Positions 30,135 to 40,472 are shown, counted from the stretch's first letter. The stretch: DNA of 61,830 nucleotides from Chromatiales bacterium (GCA_026982555.1 JALSGT010000084.1:1-61830); one strand, 5' to 3'. Numbers and translations: made by a program. The notes: generated by a model from the letters alone, not told the origin.

Positions 30135-31223
30135 ATGAGTGATCACGACAAAATGGATGCACAAAAACCACCCGTGTCATCCGAACCCCATGCAACGAAT
30201 GACGTTGATGTCTGGACTCATGGTGAAGCAGTGGGTGACCCGGTGGGCGCGACCGATAAAAAAGACCAAAAAACAACGACAGTTGAATGGGAAAAAGAAA
30301 CGCTTAACCGGTTGGCATTTGCAGCCATCAATGAACAGCGGCGTGCCCGCCGTTGGAGTATCTTTTTCAAATCCCTGTTTTTTGTTTATTTGTTTGCGAT
30401 TATTTTGTATATCCCCACAGACTGGGGTGAAGGCAGCATCTCGCATGATGAACATACGGCATTGATTGATCTCGAAGGAGTGATTGCATCAAATGCTCAA
30501 GCCAGTGCCGATAATCTTGTGGGTGGATTGCGCGCAGCTTTTAAAGATAAAAAAACAGCCGCAGTGATTATGCGCATTAACAGCCCGGGTGGCAGCCCGG
30601 TACAGGCAGGTTACGTTTATGATGAAATCAAACGCTTGCGTGAAAAATATCCAGAGATTAAATTATATGCGGTTATTGCAGATATCTGTGCCTCCGGTGG
30701 TTATTATATCGCCGCTGCAGCGGATGAAATCTATGCCAACAAAGCCAGTATCGTAGGCTCCATTGGTGTGCTCATGGACGGTTTTGGGTTTGTGGATACG
30801 CTGGAAAAAGTCGGCGTAGAACGTCGTCTGATGACGGCGGGTAAACACAAAGGTGTGCTTGATCCTTTTTCACCGTTAAAAAAACCAGAAGTACAACATG
30901 TACAGAATCTGCTGGATGCAGTGCATCGCCAGTTCATCGATCAGGTAAAAGCCGGACGTGGAGACAGGCTGTCTGATAACCCAGATTTATTCACCGGATT
31001 GTTCTGGAATGGTGAAGAGAGTGTTAAATTAGGTCTGGTAGATGGGTTGGGTAGCGCCAGTTATGTTGCACGGGAGATTATTGGCGTGGAAAATATTGTC
31101 GATTTTACACCCCGGCCCAATTATCTGGACCGTTTTGCTGATAGCATCGGCGTGACACTGGCTAATGTTATAACCAACAGTGTTGGTTTGCCAAATACCA
31201 CGCAACAAACACCGATGCGTTAA
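30135..31223 (+). CDS. sppA: S49 signal peptide peptidase
   Basis: RINSPGGSP, ASGGYYIA, IVGSIGV, AGKHK; conserved rluC-HAD-sppA order. Confidence 0.9.
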   Translation: MSDHDKMDAQKPPVSSEPHATNDVDVWTHGEAVGDPVGATDKKDQKTTTVEWEKETLNRLAFAAINEQRRARRWSIFFKSLFFVYLFAIILYIPTDWGEGSISHDEHTALIDLEGVIASNAQASADNLVGGLRAAFKDKKTAAVIMRINSPGGSPVQAGYVYDEIKRLREKYPEIKLYAVIADICASGGYYIAAAADEIYANKASIVGSIGVLMDGFGFVDTLEKVGVERRLMTAGKHKGVLDPFSPLKKPEVQHVQNLLDAVHRQFIDQVKAGRGDRLSDNPDLFTGLFWNGEESVKLGLVDGLGSASYVAREIIGVENIVDFTPRPNYLDRFADSIGVTLANVITNSVGLPNTTQQTPMR

Positions 31224-31261
31224 TAACGTATAACTCGCCGTATATAACAACAGGCACAGAT

Positions 31262-32197
31262 ATGTCACAAAAACACCCTATTGTCGCCGTTACTGGCGCT
31301 TCCGGTGCAGGCACGACGGTGGTAAAAAAAGCCTTTGCACGTATTTTCCGGCGCGAAAGTATTAATGCTGCTTTTGTGGATGGCGAATGTTTTCGTCGTT
31401 ATGACCGCAGCGAAATGCAAGCAGTGCTGGCAAAAGCAGAAGCTGATGGTGATATCGTCACCCCCTATGGCCCGGAAGTGAACCGTTTCGATTTACTGGA
31501 ATCACTTTTCCAGTCGTATGGGAAATGTGGCACCGGGAAATTCCGGCGTTACATCAGTGAAGAAGTCGCGAGCGATGCAGACACCCCCAGCGGCACATTC
31601 ACCGATTGGCAACAAATATCCCCGCAATCTGATTTATTGTTCTTTGAGGGACTGCATGGTGGTGTCGTAGCCCAGCGCTGGACACGCCGAAAAATGAGCG
31701 CCTCGCATAATCCGCGCGTCGTCAATGAGCGCCGCAACACACAAAAAAATACCGGCGTGGATGTTGCGCAGCATGTAGATCTGCTACTTGGTGTTGTGCC
31801 CGTGGTCAATCTGGAATGGATGCAAAAAATTACCCGTGACATGCGCACCAAAGGCTATTCTCACGAAGCAACGTCTGCCCGTATTGTTGAACGCATGCAG
31901 GAATATATCCACTTTATCGTGCCACAATTTTCTGTGACTGATATCAATTTTCAGCGTGTGCCGGTGGTGGATACCTCCAATCCCTTTATTGCCACAGAAA
32001 TTCCTGAAAGCCATGAATGCATGGTCGTGATTCGTTTTCGTGATCCGTCACGTTATGATTTCCCCAAATTACAGGAGTTGATTGATGGCGCGTTTATGTC
32101 GCGCCCGAATACCATGGTGATTTCCGGCAGTCAGATGCAGCAGGCACTGGATGTTATATGTACACCGCTGATTCATGAGTTGACCGCCAGAGGTTGA
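31262..32197 (+). CDS. prkB: Phosphoribulokinase-family protein, divergent
   Basis: MSQKHPIVAVTGASGAGTT, EGLHGGVV, GVVPVVNLEWMQK, NFQRVPVVDTSNPF. Confidence 0.8.
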   Translation: MSQKHPIVAVTGASGAGTTVVKKAFARIFRRESINAAFVDGECFRRYDRSEMQAVLAKAEADGDIVTPYGPEVNRFDLLESLFQSYGKCGTGKFRRYISEEVASDADTPSGTFTDWQQISPQSDLLFFEGLHGGVVAQRWTRRKMSASHNPRVVNERRNTQKNTGVDVAQHVDLLLGVVPVVNLEWMQKITRDMRTKGYSHEATSARIVERMQEYIHFIVPQFSVTDINFQRVPVVDTSNPFIATEIPESHECMVVIRFRDPSRYDFPKLQELIDGAFMSRPNTMVISGSQMQQALDVICTPLIHELTARG

Positions 32198-32325
32198 GTT
32201 GCCATGGAAACTTATTTTAGCCCCTGTAACATAAATAAGGGTTGATGCTATTGAGGCACAGAAGGGAGGGCCTGGAAAAGAATCTGCCCATTACCAGTAA
32301 TATATTTTGATTAAAATGGATAATA

Positions 32326-34215
32326 ATGCTTAGTGTCATAACGAAAAGAATCAACGTTTTCATATTTATTGTGGTGAGTATTCAAACTTCAGCAGCCATG
32401 GCAGATTTTTTGGAAATGCCGGAAGTTGAACAACTCAGGGATGCAGAAGAAAAAACCTTGCTGCGGGATCTGGACGTACCCGCAGTACGTGATCGTTCCC
32501 CTGATCCTGCTGCCGGGCCCAGGCTGGCGGTTTCGGAGTTCAGGATTCAGGGGCTGGTTGAATTTCCTGAACTGGGTATTACCCGCGAGGCATTGACTCA
32601 GCTGGTTGAAAATATTCGTTTTATTATCATGGGAGAAGGTAAACTTCTCGAATCAGGCTATACCATTGATGAGTTAGGTGAAATATCTGATCTTCTCGTT
32701 GAAATCGAGGAAGAGACTTTAGAGCGACATGTCTCTCCACTTGAAGTGCAAAAACTGGTTTGGCTGATCAGGGAGCAGCGCGGCAAACGCGGTGTTACTC
32801 TGGGCCAGATTGAAGCTGTCGCCAATAAAATCACTGATTTTTATCGAGAGCGTGGTTTTATTCTTGCCAAAGCGTTTATACCCAAACAACGAGTGCGGGA
32901 TGGTGTGGTCAGCCTTACGTTATTGCTGGGAATATTGGGAGAGGTCTCGATAAAAAACAACGACATGTACAATGCAGAAACGCTACGCTCCGTTTTTGAT
33001 GATCTTTTAACGAAACCTGTTACCAACAAAACAGTAGAAGAGAATTTGTTTGTTATCAATAGTTTTCCTGGCATTACCGTGGATGGTTATTTTGAGCCGG
33101 GTTTCCAGGTGGGTGATACCCGCCTGAACATTAACGTTAAAAATGAAGCGCGTTATAATGCCAATCTCAGAGCCGATAATCATGGTACAGATGAATCGGG
33201 TTTATACCGATTTTATGCAGACTTTCAGGTTAATAACCTGTTGGGTATCGCTGATTACATGAAAATGAGTTTATTGCAGGCAAAATCACCCGACAACACA
33301 ACATATTGGCAATTGGCCTTTGAAAGTAATTTTTTGAGTCCGCGCTTTCGTGGGGGGATTGAGTCATCGCGAAATCAATTTGTTGTGGATCAAACGGCCG
33401 CCGAAAACCTGGATTTGAGTGGCGGGGTTGATGTCTTTAGCGTATACGGTAAATATATACAAGAACGTGGGCGCACGAAAAATAGTCACTATGAGCTTCG
33501 ATTTGAAACAATAAAATCTGATACGGAAACTAGAAGCGGTACCACAGTTTTTGCCGGAAATAATAACGAGTTACGACACACTTCCATAAAATATAAGCTG
33601 GATTATCTGGATGATGCCAACAAACGTTTGCACGAGGGGAGTGTTAAATACACCCGGGGTAAGTTCGAGGTCGGAAAGTCGGCAAAGCAGGATGAGGATT
33701 ACAATATTCTATCTGCCGATTACACGCTGTTAACGTTTTTACGGATTCCATTTACAGAAAGCACCTCACGGCTCATTTTTCGTTCCAGTCTCCAGTATTC
33801 CGGGACCAATCTGTCAGCAATCGCGCGATTTTCTTTGGCAGGCTCAACGCGGGTACGCGGATTTTCACCCAGTTTTTTTACGGCGGATGATGCAGTGTAT
33901 CTTGGAACAGACTGGGTGTTTAACAGCCCCGATATGTTCGATGTTCAAATCGGCTCAGTTAATTTTAAAACGTTTGCCAAACCCTTTGTGTTTTTCGATT
34001 ATGCTTATGGTAAACAGTATGAGCTTCGCTCCGGGCAAAAAGACCCCACAGGACAATTAGCTGATATAGGTATCGGGTTGCAGTTTTCACATAGCCATAA
34101 TTTTAACGGGAATTTGCAGTTAGCCCATAAAATACTTGATCAGCTGACGGATATTGACGCGCAGTTAAAAGCAGATGATATAAGGTTGTTATTTGATATG
34201 CAGTACAGTTTTTAA
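32326..34215 (+). CDS. ShlB/FhaC/HecB-family (TpsB) outer-membrane transporter
   Basis: Signal peptide, POTRA motifs (YRERGFILAKAFIPKQ, INSFPGI), DNHG...G.YR, RVRGF in loop 6, terminal Phe. Confidence 0.85.
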   Translation: MLSVITKRINVFIFIVVSIQTSAAMADFLEMPEVEQLRDAEEKTLLRDLDVPAVRDRSPDPAAGPRLAVSEFRIQGLVEFPELGITREALTQLVENIRFIIMGEGKLLESGYTIDELGEISDLLVEIEEETLERHVSPLEVQKLVWLIREQRGKRGVTLGQIEAVANKITDFYRERGFILAKAFIPKQRVRDGVVSLTLLLGILGEVSIKNNDMYNAETLRSVFDDLLTKPVTNKTVEENLFVINSFPGITVDGYFEPGFQVGDTRLNINVKNEARYNANLRADNHGTDESGLYRFYADFQVNNLLGIADYMKMSLLQAKSPDNTTYWQLAFESNFLSPRFRGGIESSRNQFVVDQTAAENLDLSGGVDVFSVYGKYIQERGRTKNSHYELRFETIKSDTETRSGTTVFAGNNNELRHTSIKYKLDYLDDANKRLHEGSVKYTRGKFEVGKSAKQDEDYNILSADYTLLTFLRIPFTESTSRLIFRSSLQYSGTNLSAIARFSLAGSTRVRGFSPSFFTADDAVYLGTDWVFNSPDMFDVQIGSVNFKTFAKPFVFFDYAYGKQYELRSGQKDPTGQLADIGIGLQFSHSHNFNGNLQLAHKILDQLTDIDAQLKADDIRLLFDMQYSF

Positions 34216-34775
34216 TTGAGTCTAAAGCCCTGAAAGCATCTGCGCTTGCGTCCGCAAAGTGAAATTTTTTGGCTATTGATTGCAATAAAGATAACGCGCA
34301 AAGTTGTCAGTCTCTCTAACCAGGCAATATTCTGCACCGGGGCAAGTGCGCTTATTTGCGCTAACCCCGGTTAAATATTTTTGCAATCATCCACTTCTTG
34401 TTAGTTTTTAGGGTTAACCTATTGTTTTTAAAGTAAAATAATGAATAAATCGGCTTTGTGTGAATATGTCACATAAATATGTGGGAATTTCAGTACAATG
34501 GGCCGCTATCGTTGGTGCTGTTGATAGCACAGCCTCAAAGACCCCTTCAAAGCAGCGAGACCGGCCCGAAAGTCAGGCCTTGCTGGGTGCCAGAGTTGGC
34601 GGGACGGGATCATGGGGCGCAATGATAGGCTATGTTAAACGACCCGATAGAAAATGTTTGGAATCATAGAGGTTACAAAGGAATGCTGGTTGTTCATCGC
34701 TAACAATTACCCTATTATTGCAAGTCGATTTACGGGTATTTTTTTGTTTAAACGGGAAGGAGAGAGGAAAGTAAA

Positions 34776-35258
34776 ATGGCAATATATCTTGAATATGATG
34801 GAATACCGGGAAATGTAACGGCTGAAGGTTTTGAGAAGTGCATCAAAATCAGCTCAGTGAGTTTTGGTACGTCACGCCCGATTACCATGGAAGCGGGTAA
34901 AATGGCTAACCGTGAAGTCGGCAAGCCCACTGTTTCTGAAGTAAATCTCACGAAAATAGCCGATAATTCTGTTGCTGCACTGTTTAAAGAGTCTGTTTCC
35001 GGTTCGTCAGGCAAAAATGCAGTTCTTAAATTTACTCGCACTGGCAGTGACGGTGTTGAAGAATTTATGGAATATTCGCTGGAAAATTGCCTGGTCAGCA
35101 GCTACCACATTGCTGCCAACGGCGATGCCGAGCCAGAAGAAACGATCACGTTGAGTTTTTCCAAGTGTGAAATCAACTACAAAGATCACGATGCAACCAA
35201 TAAGACGGGTAGTCCGCAACGCGCAGGTTACGATCTGACAAAAGCTGTACCGTTATAA
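34776..35258 (+). CDS. hcp: T6SS tube protein Hcp
   Basis: MAIYLEYDGIPG, NLTK..D, L.N..VSSY, E.ITLSF..CEINY. Confidence 0.9.
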   Translation: MAIYLEYDGIPGNVTAEGFEKCIKISSVSFGTSRPITMEAGKMANREVGKPTVSEVNLTKIADNSVAALFKESVSGSSGKNAVLKFTRTGSDGVEEFMEYSLENCLVSSYHIAANGDAEPEETITLSFSKCEINYKDHDATNKTGSPQRAGYDLTKAVPL

Positions 35259-35278
35259 AGAAAAAGAAAGCCCAATGA

Positions 35279-35322
35279 CATTGGTGCTGCCTGTTTAAGG
35301 GTGGCACCAATGTTTGTTTTGT
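35279..35322 (+). terminator. Intrinsic terminator/attenuator after hcp
   Basis: CATTGGTGC...GCACCAATG stem followed by TTTGTTTT. Confidence 0.6.
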
Positions 35323-35396
35323 TATTGCATGTATGACTGCATACCTGAGAACCGGGGTGTGCCTGCCGCAAATATTTGAGTTAGGGAGTTCAGTAA

Positions 35397-37328
35397 ATGA
35401 GTGATTTTACTCAGGACAGCCGTCTTATCGCTGTTGACACACCTTTGGGGAAGGATGTGCTTTTGCTGGCCTCATTTGATGGCGCTGAATTTGTCTCTTC
35501 TCCATTTGAGTTTCATCTGACCGCGCTGTCTCTCAATCTTGAAATCAAACCGGAAGACCTCGTCGGTAAACCGATTACGGTTAAAATTCAAAATGAACAT
35601 GGCCGGGTTTTTCATGGTCTTGTCAGCAAGTTTGCGTTTGGCGAAATAACCTCCAGTAGTTTCCGCAAGTATCATCTGGTGATGGTGCCATGGCTTCAGT
35701 TCCTTTCTCATACCGAAAATCGTCGTATTTTTCAAAACAAAAACTCAAAGGATATCATCAGCCAGGTATTTGCTGATCTGGGGTTTGGTGATTTTGATTT
35801 CAGGGCAAGTGGTGGTGTGCCAAGGGAGTATTGCGTTCAATATGGTGAAAGCGATCTGGATTTTGTTTCCCGGCTACTGGAAGAGGAAGGCTATGCCTAT
35901 TACTTCACCCATGGGGAAGACAAGCACACGCTGATCATTGTTGACAAAGCGAATGCTTATGATGAATGTACTGAAACGAATTTAACTTGCTCAAAGGGCT
36001 CGACACCGGACTCTGAAATACAGAGCTGGGAACATCATTATGAGTTCAGGAAAGGTGGCTGGATTGTAAATGACTTTAATTTTAAAGAGCCGAAAAAAAG
36101 CCAGGAAGTAGAAACAAAATCAAAAAGCAAATTTGCCAATAACAGCAAATTCAAACATTATGAATACCCTGATTTATATGATGTCGGCTCGGGGGCTGAT
36201 CTGGTTAAGGTCCGTATGGAAGCAGAAGAAGCGCCGATGGATACCATTACCGGCTCCAGCAATTGCAGTACGTTTTATGCCGGTGGTTTTTTTAAGCTGG
36301 ACAAACACGATGCCAAGAGTGAGCAGGGTAGCTATACTTTGCTGCGAGTCGAACATCATGCCTCTGATTCCAGTTATTACACAGGCGAAAAAGGCGAGAC
36401 AGGTTACAGTAATAAATTTGATTGCATTTCATCGGACGTACATTTTCGGCCAGCCCGGGAGCATCCGCGTCCTGTAATGAAGGGGCCGCAGTCTGCAATA
36501 GTCACAGGCCCGGCAGGCGAAGAAATTTATATTGATGAGTTTGGCCGAATCAAGGCCCAGTTTATCTGGGATCGGGAAGGGAAAAATGACGAGAACAGCT
36601 CCTGTTTTCTGCGTGTCATGCAGGCCTGGGCAGGTAATGGCTGGGGTACTTCATTTATTCCTCGTATTGGCCACGAAGTAATTGTCACGTTTCTTGATGG
36701 TGACCCGGACCGGCCGATTGTGACCGGAACTGTTTATAACGGGGTTAACAAACCACCTTATGGCTCAAAAACACAAAGTGGTATCAAAACGCACTCAACC
36801 AAAAGTGGCACCGCAGCAAACTTTAATGAACTGCGCTTTGAAGATAAAAAGGGCTCGGAACAGGTTTATATCCATGCCGAAAAAAACCTGGATACAATGG
36901 TCGAGAACAACGAAACCTTAACCGTTGATAATGACCGTACAAAAACCATCAAAAATGATGAAAATTCAACAATAGAAAATGACCGTAACAAAACGGTCAA
37001 TAACAACCAGACGGAAACCATAAAAAAGAATAAAACCATTGATGTTGGCAAGGACCACAAAGAAACCATTGGGTCAAATATGACGATTATGGTTGATAAG
37101 GATCTGAAAGAATCCGTTAAGGGTAACTATACAGAGAGCGTCACAAAAGATTATGCATTGCAGGCCAAGACAATTACTTTACAGGCAAATGATAAAATTA
37201 CCATCCGAACAGGTGCTGCCCAGATAGTGATGAAAAGTAATGGCGATATCACCATGAGCGGAAAGACGATCAATATCAAAGGCTCCGGTAATGTGGTGAT
37301 TAATGGCAGTAAGGTGATTACCAATTAG
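35397..37328 (+). CDS. vgrG: T6SS spike protein VgrG
   Basis: REYCVQYGESDLDFVSRLLEEEG, GPQSAIVTGPAGEEIY, IPRIGHEVIVTFLDGDPDRP, NELRFEDKKG; about 8-aa gp5-type C-terminal repeats; no effector extension. Confidence 0.93.
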   Translation: MSDFTQDSRLIAVDTPLGKDVLLLASFDGAEFVSSPFEFHLTALSLNLEIKPEDLVGKPITVKIQNEHGRVFHGLVSKFAFGEITSSSFRKYHLVMVPWLQFLSHTENRRIFQNKNSKDIISQVFADLGFGDFDFRASGGVPREYCVQYGESDLDFVSRLLEEEGYAYYFTHGEDKHTLIIVDKANAYDECTETNLTCSKGSTPDSEIQSWEHHYEFRKGGWIVNDFNFKEPKKSQEVETKSKSKFANNSKFKHYEYPDLYDVGSGADLVKVRMEAEEAPMDTITGSSNCSTFYAGGFFKLDKHDAKSEQGSYTLLRVEHHASDSSYYTGEKGETGYSNKFDCISSDVHFRPAREHPRPVMKGPQSAIVTGPAGEEIYIDEFGRIKAQFIWDREGKNDENSSCFLRVMQAWAGNGWGTSFIPRIGHEVIVTFLDGDPDRPIVTGTVYNGVNKPPYGSKTQSGIKTHSTKSGTAANFNELRFEDKKGSEQVYIHAEKNLDTMVENNETLTVDNDRTKTIKNDENSTIENDRNKTVNNNQTETIKKNKTIDVGKDHKETIGSNMTIMVDKDLKESVKGNYTESVTKDYALQAKTITLQANDKITIRTGAAQIVMKSNGDITMSGKTINIKGSGNVVINGSKVITN

Positions 37329-37346
37329 TGCTAATGGTGATTAGCC

Positions 37347-37904
37347 GTGAAATATAACGAGCCTGATATAACTCAAGCGCAAGAAGAAACCCTGTCATTG
37401 CCCTCCGGTATAGCGCCTGGTGAGATTGTCATCGGCACTCTGGTGGACACTGACAAACAGGGGCAGCCGCTTGTGGACTTTTCGGAAAACCCGGCCAATA
37501 AGCCATTAAAAGCAATAGCAACGCTTGTCCTTACCCAAAGGCATGTCGGCAGGCAGGTTGCCCTCCTGTTTACAAACGGAAATCTGCAAAACCCGGTGAT
37601 CATGGGTATGATCCACAGCCCTTTGCAAGACATGCTGGAAAATTTTGGGCAATTTCAGACCAAAGATGAACCTGATAATGAGACCCGGAACGATGCAGGG
37701 CAAGAGGGTGATCTGAAAGTAGATGATGTCCTGGTTGATGGTCAGAAAATTATTTTTGAAGCCAAGGATAAAATCGTCCTGAAATGTGGTAAATCAAGCA
37801 TTATCCTGACCAAAGATGGAAAAGTGTCAATACGCGGAAAAAACGTATTGAGCCGCGCAACGGGTACCCATCAAATCAAGGGCAGTGCGTTTCAGGTGAA
37901 CTGA
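37347..37904 (+). CDS. DUF6484-like protein (gp5 OB-fold plus short needle-like tail)
   Basis: VALLF.NG...PVIMG followed by VLKCGKSSIILTKDGKVSIRG; position between vgrG and DUF2169. Confidence 0.65.
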   Translation: MKYNEPDITQAQEETLSLPSGIAPGEIVIGTLVDTDKQGQPLVDFSENPANKPLKAIATLVLTQRHVGRQVALLFTNGNLQNPVIMGMIHSPLQDMLENFGQFQTKDEPDNETRNDAGQEGDLKVDDVLVDGQKIIFEAKDKIVLKCGKSSIILTKDGKVSIRGKNVLSRATGTHQIKGSAFQVN

Positions 37905-37924
37905 CACTGGCGTCGGTATCGACT

Positions 37925-38917
37925 ATGTTACAACTTCGCAACAGCAGTCCCTTTGCAGCCGGCCTTGCCCTGTTTCCGAATGAAGAGGGTATTGATACAT
38001 TCTACTTGCTGGTTCGGGCCACGTTCAATATTGGCGAACAATGGACTCTGGCCGATGAACAACTTCCCCCCGCAGAGGGTGATGAGTATTGGGGAGACCC
38101 TGAGAAATCCAGTATTAAACAAGTATCGGATTATCATACCGGCAAACCGGGCAGCGATATTATCATGCTCGGTAATGCTTTTGCCCCCGATGGAAAAGAA
38201 GTTCAGCAACTGGACGTCAGCCTGACGGTTGGCCAGATACATAAAACTGTCCGTGTCTTTGGTGATCGTTATTGGCAGAATGGACGTATATCCGCCCCGA
38301 AGCCATTTCATACCATGGCGATGATTTATGAAAATGCTTACGGTGGAACACATCTTGTCGATGACGTCGCCATTGCGACGGAAGAACGAAACCCTGTCGG
38401 CTGTGGTTTTGCAGGGCAGCGCACGGCAGAAGAAATGAATGGTCTGCCTCTGCCTAATCTGGAAGACCCCAGTGACCTGATTACCCGTATTTCCCAACAA
38501 CCTGTTCCCGCCTGTTTTGGCGCAAGCGCTCCGCACTGGCAGCCACGCGCCGCTTATGCCGGTACATATGATGCTGCATGGCAAACAGGCCGGGCACCTT
38601 TCCTGCCGGAAGACTTTGACAAGCGTTTTTGTAATATGGCGCACCCTGATCTGGTGTATGCCGGGTTTCTCAAAGGAGGGGAACCTGTCACCATTACTCA
38701 CATGCATCCACACGGCACCATTAACTTTGAAATACCCCACGTCCGGCTGCATGCAGATGTGACCGTTGCGGGAACTTCTGTGCAGCCCCCGTTTAACCTG
38801 GAAACAGTAATCATAGAGCCGAACCGGTTAAAACTTGGCATGGTCTGGCGTGCCGCAATGCTGTGTGACAAACAGGCACAGCTGATCAGTGACGTGGCAC
38901 TCAAATTGTCAAAATGA
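37925..38917 (+). CDS. DUF2169 T6SS adaptor/chaperone
   Basis: KPGSDIIMLG, KTVRVFGDR, YENAYGG, NPVGCG, RAAYAGTYD..W, P.LPEDFD.RF.N.A, LETVIIEP. Confidence 0.88.
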   Translation: MLQLRNSSPFAAGLALFPNEEGIDTFYLLVRATFNIGEQWTLADEQLPPAEGDEYWGDPEKSSIKQVSDYHTGKPGSDIIMLGNAFAPDGKEVQQLDVSLTVGQIHKTVRVFGDRYWQNGRISAPKPFHTMAMIYENAYGGTHLVDDVAIATEERNPVGCGFAGQRTAEEMNGLPLPNLEDPSDLITRISQQPVPACFGASAPHWQPRAAYAGTYDAAWQTGRAPFLPEDFDKRFCNMAHPDLVYAGFLKGGEPVTITHMHPHGTINFEIPHVRLHADVTVAGTSVQPPFNLETVIIEPNRLKLGMVWRAAMLCDKQAQLISDVALKLSK

Positions 38918-40076
38918 GCCATCTGATGATCACAGACATATTCAATCAGACTCAATCATGACTGCAAATGGACAAAGCAAAAAAATGCCGGATTCAGATA
39001 CATTTCAGCCTCCGACGCGACCTGTTATTGTGCATGATGTCACCATGCTGTCACCACTGGGGGATGATGTTATGCAGGTGGCGGCGGCGGTACGTGCAAA
39101 CATTAGCCGGTTTAACGAAAGTGTTTTTTACAATCAAAAATTATTGCCCCTCAAAATGGCACTGGTGCCCGATGGGATTTTACCCCCTCTTGATGATGAA
39201 CTGCTTAAAAAAGGGGGTATTTCCCCCTGGCAAAAACGTTTATTAAGGCTGGCAACCCGCCCACTGACAACACTGTTTAAGATGCGGGGCAGAGGCGCAT
39301 TACCCCTTTTCCTCGCCTGTCCGGAAACACTGCCTGGGCGTCGTTATCGCATCACCGACCGTTTTCTTTCATTGCTGAAAATACAGACAAAGCAAGCGAT
39401 TGATATGGAGAACAGTTATCTGTTTCCTTTTGGGCGTGCGGCAGGATTGTGTGCGTTGGAAGCTGCCATGCTCCATATTGAAAAACACCCGGGCAGTCAG
39501 GCGATAGTAGGCGGTATTGATAGTTATATTGATCCCTACCTGCTGAGCACTTTGGCACAAAAGAACCGCATCGCGGGACATGGCGTTATGGATGGCTTTA
39601 TCCCGGGAGAGGGAGCCGCTTTTTTATTAATAGGTGCGGCGTCTCAGTTATCTGCTGAAGCCTCAATAGACACTGGATCTCGCTTTATATTATACCCGCC
39701 CGGTATTGCTTCAGAACCGGGGCACCGCTACTCCCCTGAACCGTATCGCGGGGAAGGGCTGGCTAACGCCGTCACCGATGCACTGGATGTTAACCTAAAT
39801 TCAAAAGTTGATACGGTGATGATCAGTTTCAACGGCGAAAACTTTTTTGCGAAAGAGTGGGGTGTGGCGGCAATACGCAATGCCGCTGCATTTACCGCAG
39901 AACCGGCATTTTTACACCCCGCAGATTGTTTTGGTGATGTCGGTGCCGCGTTTGGACCCATGGCCATAGGGGTCAGTATCATGGGAATGCATAAAAAATA
40001 TTTAACATCACCGGCATTGATCTGCTGTTCTTCCGAAATGGAACAGCGTTCAGCCGTTTGTTTAACCGTTATTTAA
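38889..40076 (+). CDS. Thiolase/ketoacyl-synthase-like T6SS accessory protein (PRK06147-like)
   Basis: GGIDSY, FIPGEGAAFLL, NGE.F.AKEW, HPADCFGDVGAA; typical partner of DUF2169. Confidence 0.8.
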   Translation: MTWHSNCQNEPSDDHRHIQSDSIMTANGQSKKMPDSDTFQPPTRPVIVHDVTMLSPLGDDVMQVAAAVRANISRFNESVFYNQKLLPLKMALVPDGILPPLDDELLKKGGISPWQKRLLRLATRPLTTLFKMRGRGALPLFLACPETLPGRRYRITDRFLSLLKIQTKQAIDMENSYLFPFGRAAGLCALEAAMLHIEKHPGSQAIVGGIDSYIDPYLLSTLAQKNRIAGHGVMDGFIPGEGAAFLLIGAASQLSAEASIDTGSRFILYPPGIASEPGHRYSPEPYRGEGLANAVTDALDVNLNSKVDTVMISFNGENFFAKEWGVAAIRNAAAFTAEPAFLHPADCFGDVGAAFGPMAIGVSIMGMHKKYLTSPALICCSSEMEQRSAVCLTVI

Positions 40077-40091
40077 GGAGGTATCCGCGTT

Positions 40092-40472
40092 ATGGCTTGC
40101 AGCGTATTTGTTAATGGAAGAGGGATTGCCCATAAAGGCAGTGGCGGGAAATCAATTGTTTTTCCAGATGTCTGTAAAACACCGGTTGGCCCTTCCGTTG
40201 TGCCGATTCCTTACCCTAATCTGGGCCAGTCGGCGGATACCTCAAAAGGGCCAAAATCCATCACCATCAATGGCCAGATGCCCATGGTCAAAGGGGCAAA
40301 ATACGCAATGAGCAGTGGCGATGAAGCGGGCGTTGCCAAAGGTATTATCAGTGGCAAAATCAAAGGTGAATGTGAATTTCTCATGTACTCCTTTGACGTG
40401 AAATTTGAAGGAAAAAACGTCTGTCGCATGGGTGACCCGTTATGGCACAACAAAAAGAATATTTTAGGGTAG
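40092..40472 (+). CDS. Stand-alone PAAR-like DUF4150 (PIPY) spike-tip protein
   Basis: FPDVCKTP...PIPYPN, SSGDEAG, SFDVKFEGKNV.R.GD; stops after 126 aa with no toxin fusion. Confidence 0.88.
   Translation: MACSVFVNGRGIAHKGSGGKSIVFPDVCKTPVGPSVVPIPYPNLGQSADTSKGPKSITINGQMPMVKGAKYAMSSGDEAGVAKGIISGKIKGECEFLMYSFDVKFEGKNVCRMGDPLWHNKKNILG

Noticed and set aside
31262-32197. prkB as proof of a Calvin cycle
   Set aside because: No RuBisCO or cbb genes in the window, the protein is divergent, and prkB homologues occur in heterotrophs.
34269-34285. Possible sigma-54 promoter upstream of hcp (TGGC...TTGC)
   Set aside because: Spacing is one base shorter than the strict -24/-12 requirement.
36900-37150. 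Periodic Asn/Thr/Lys repeats in vgrG
   Set aside because: Ordinary gp5-type beta-helix repeats of the spike.
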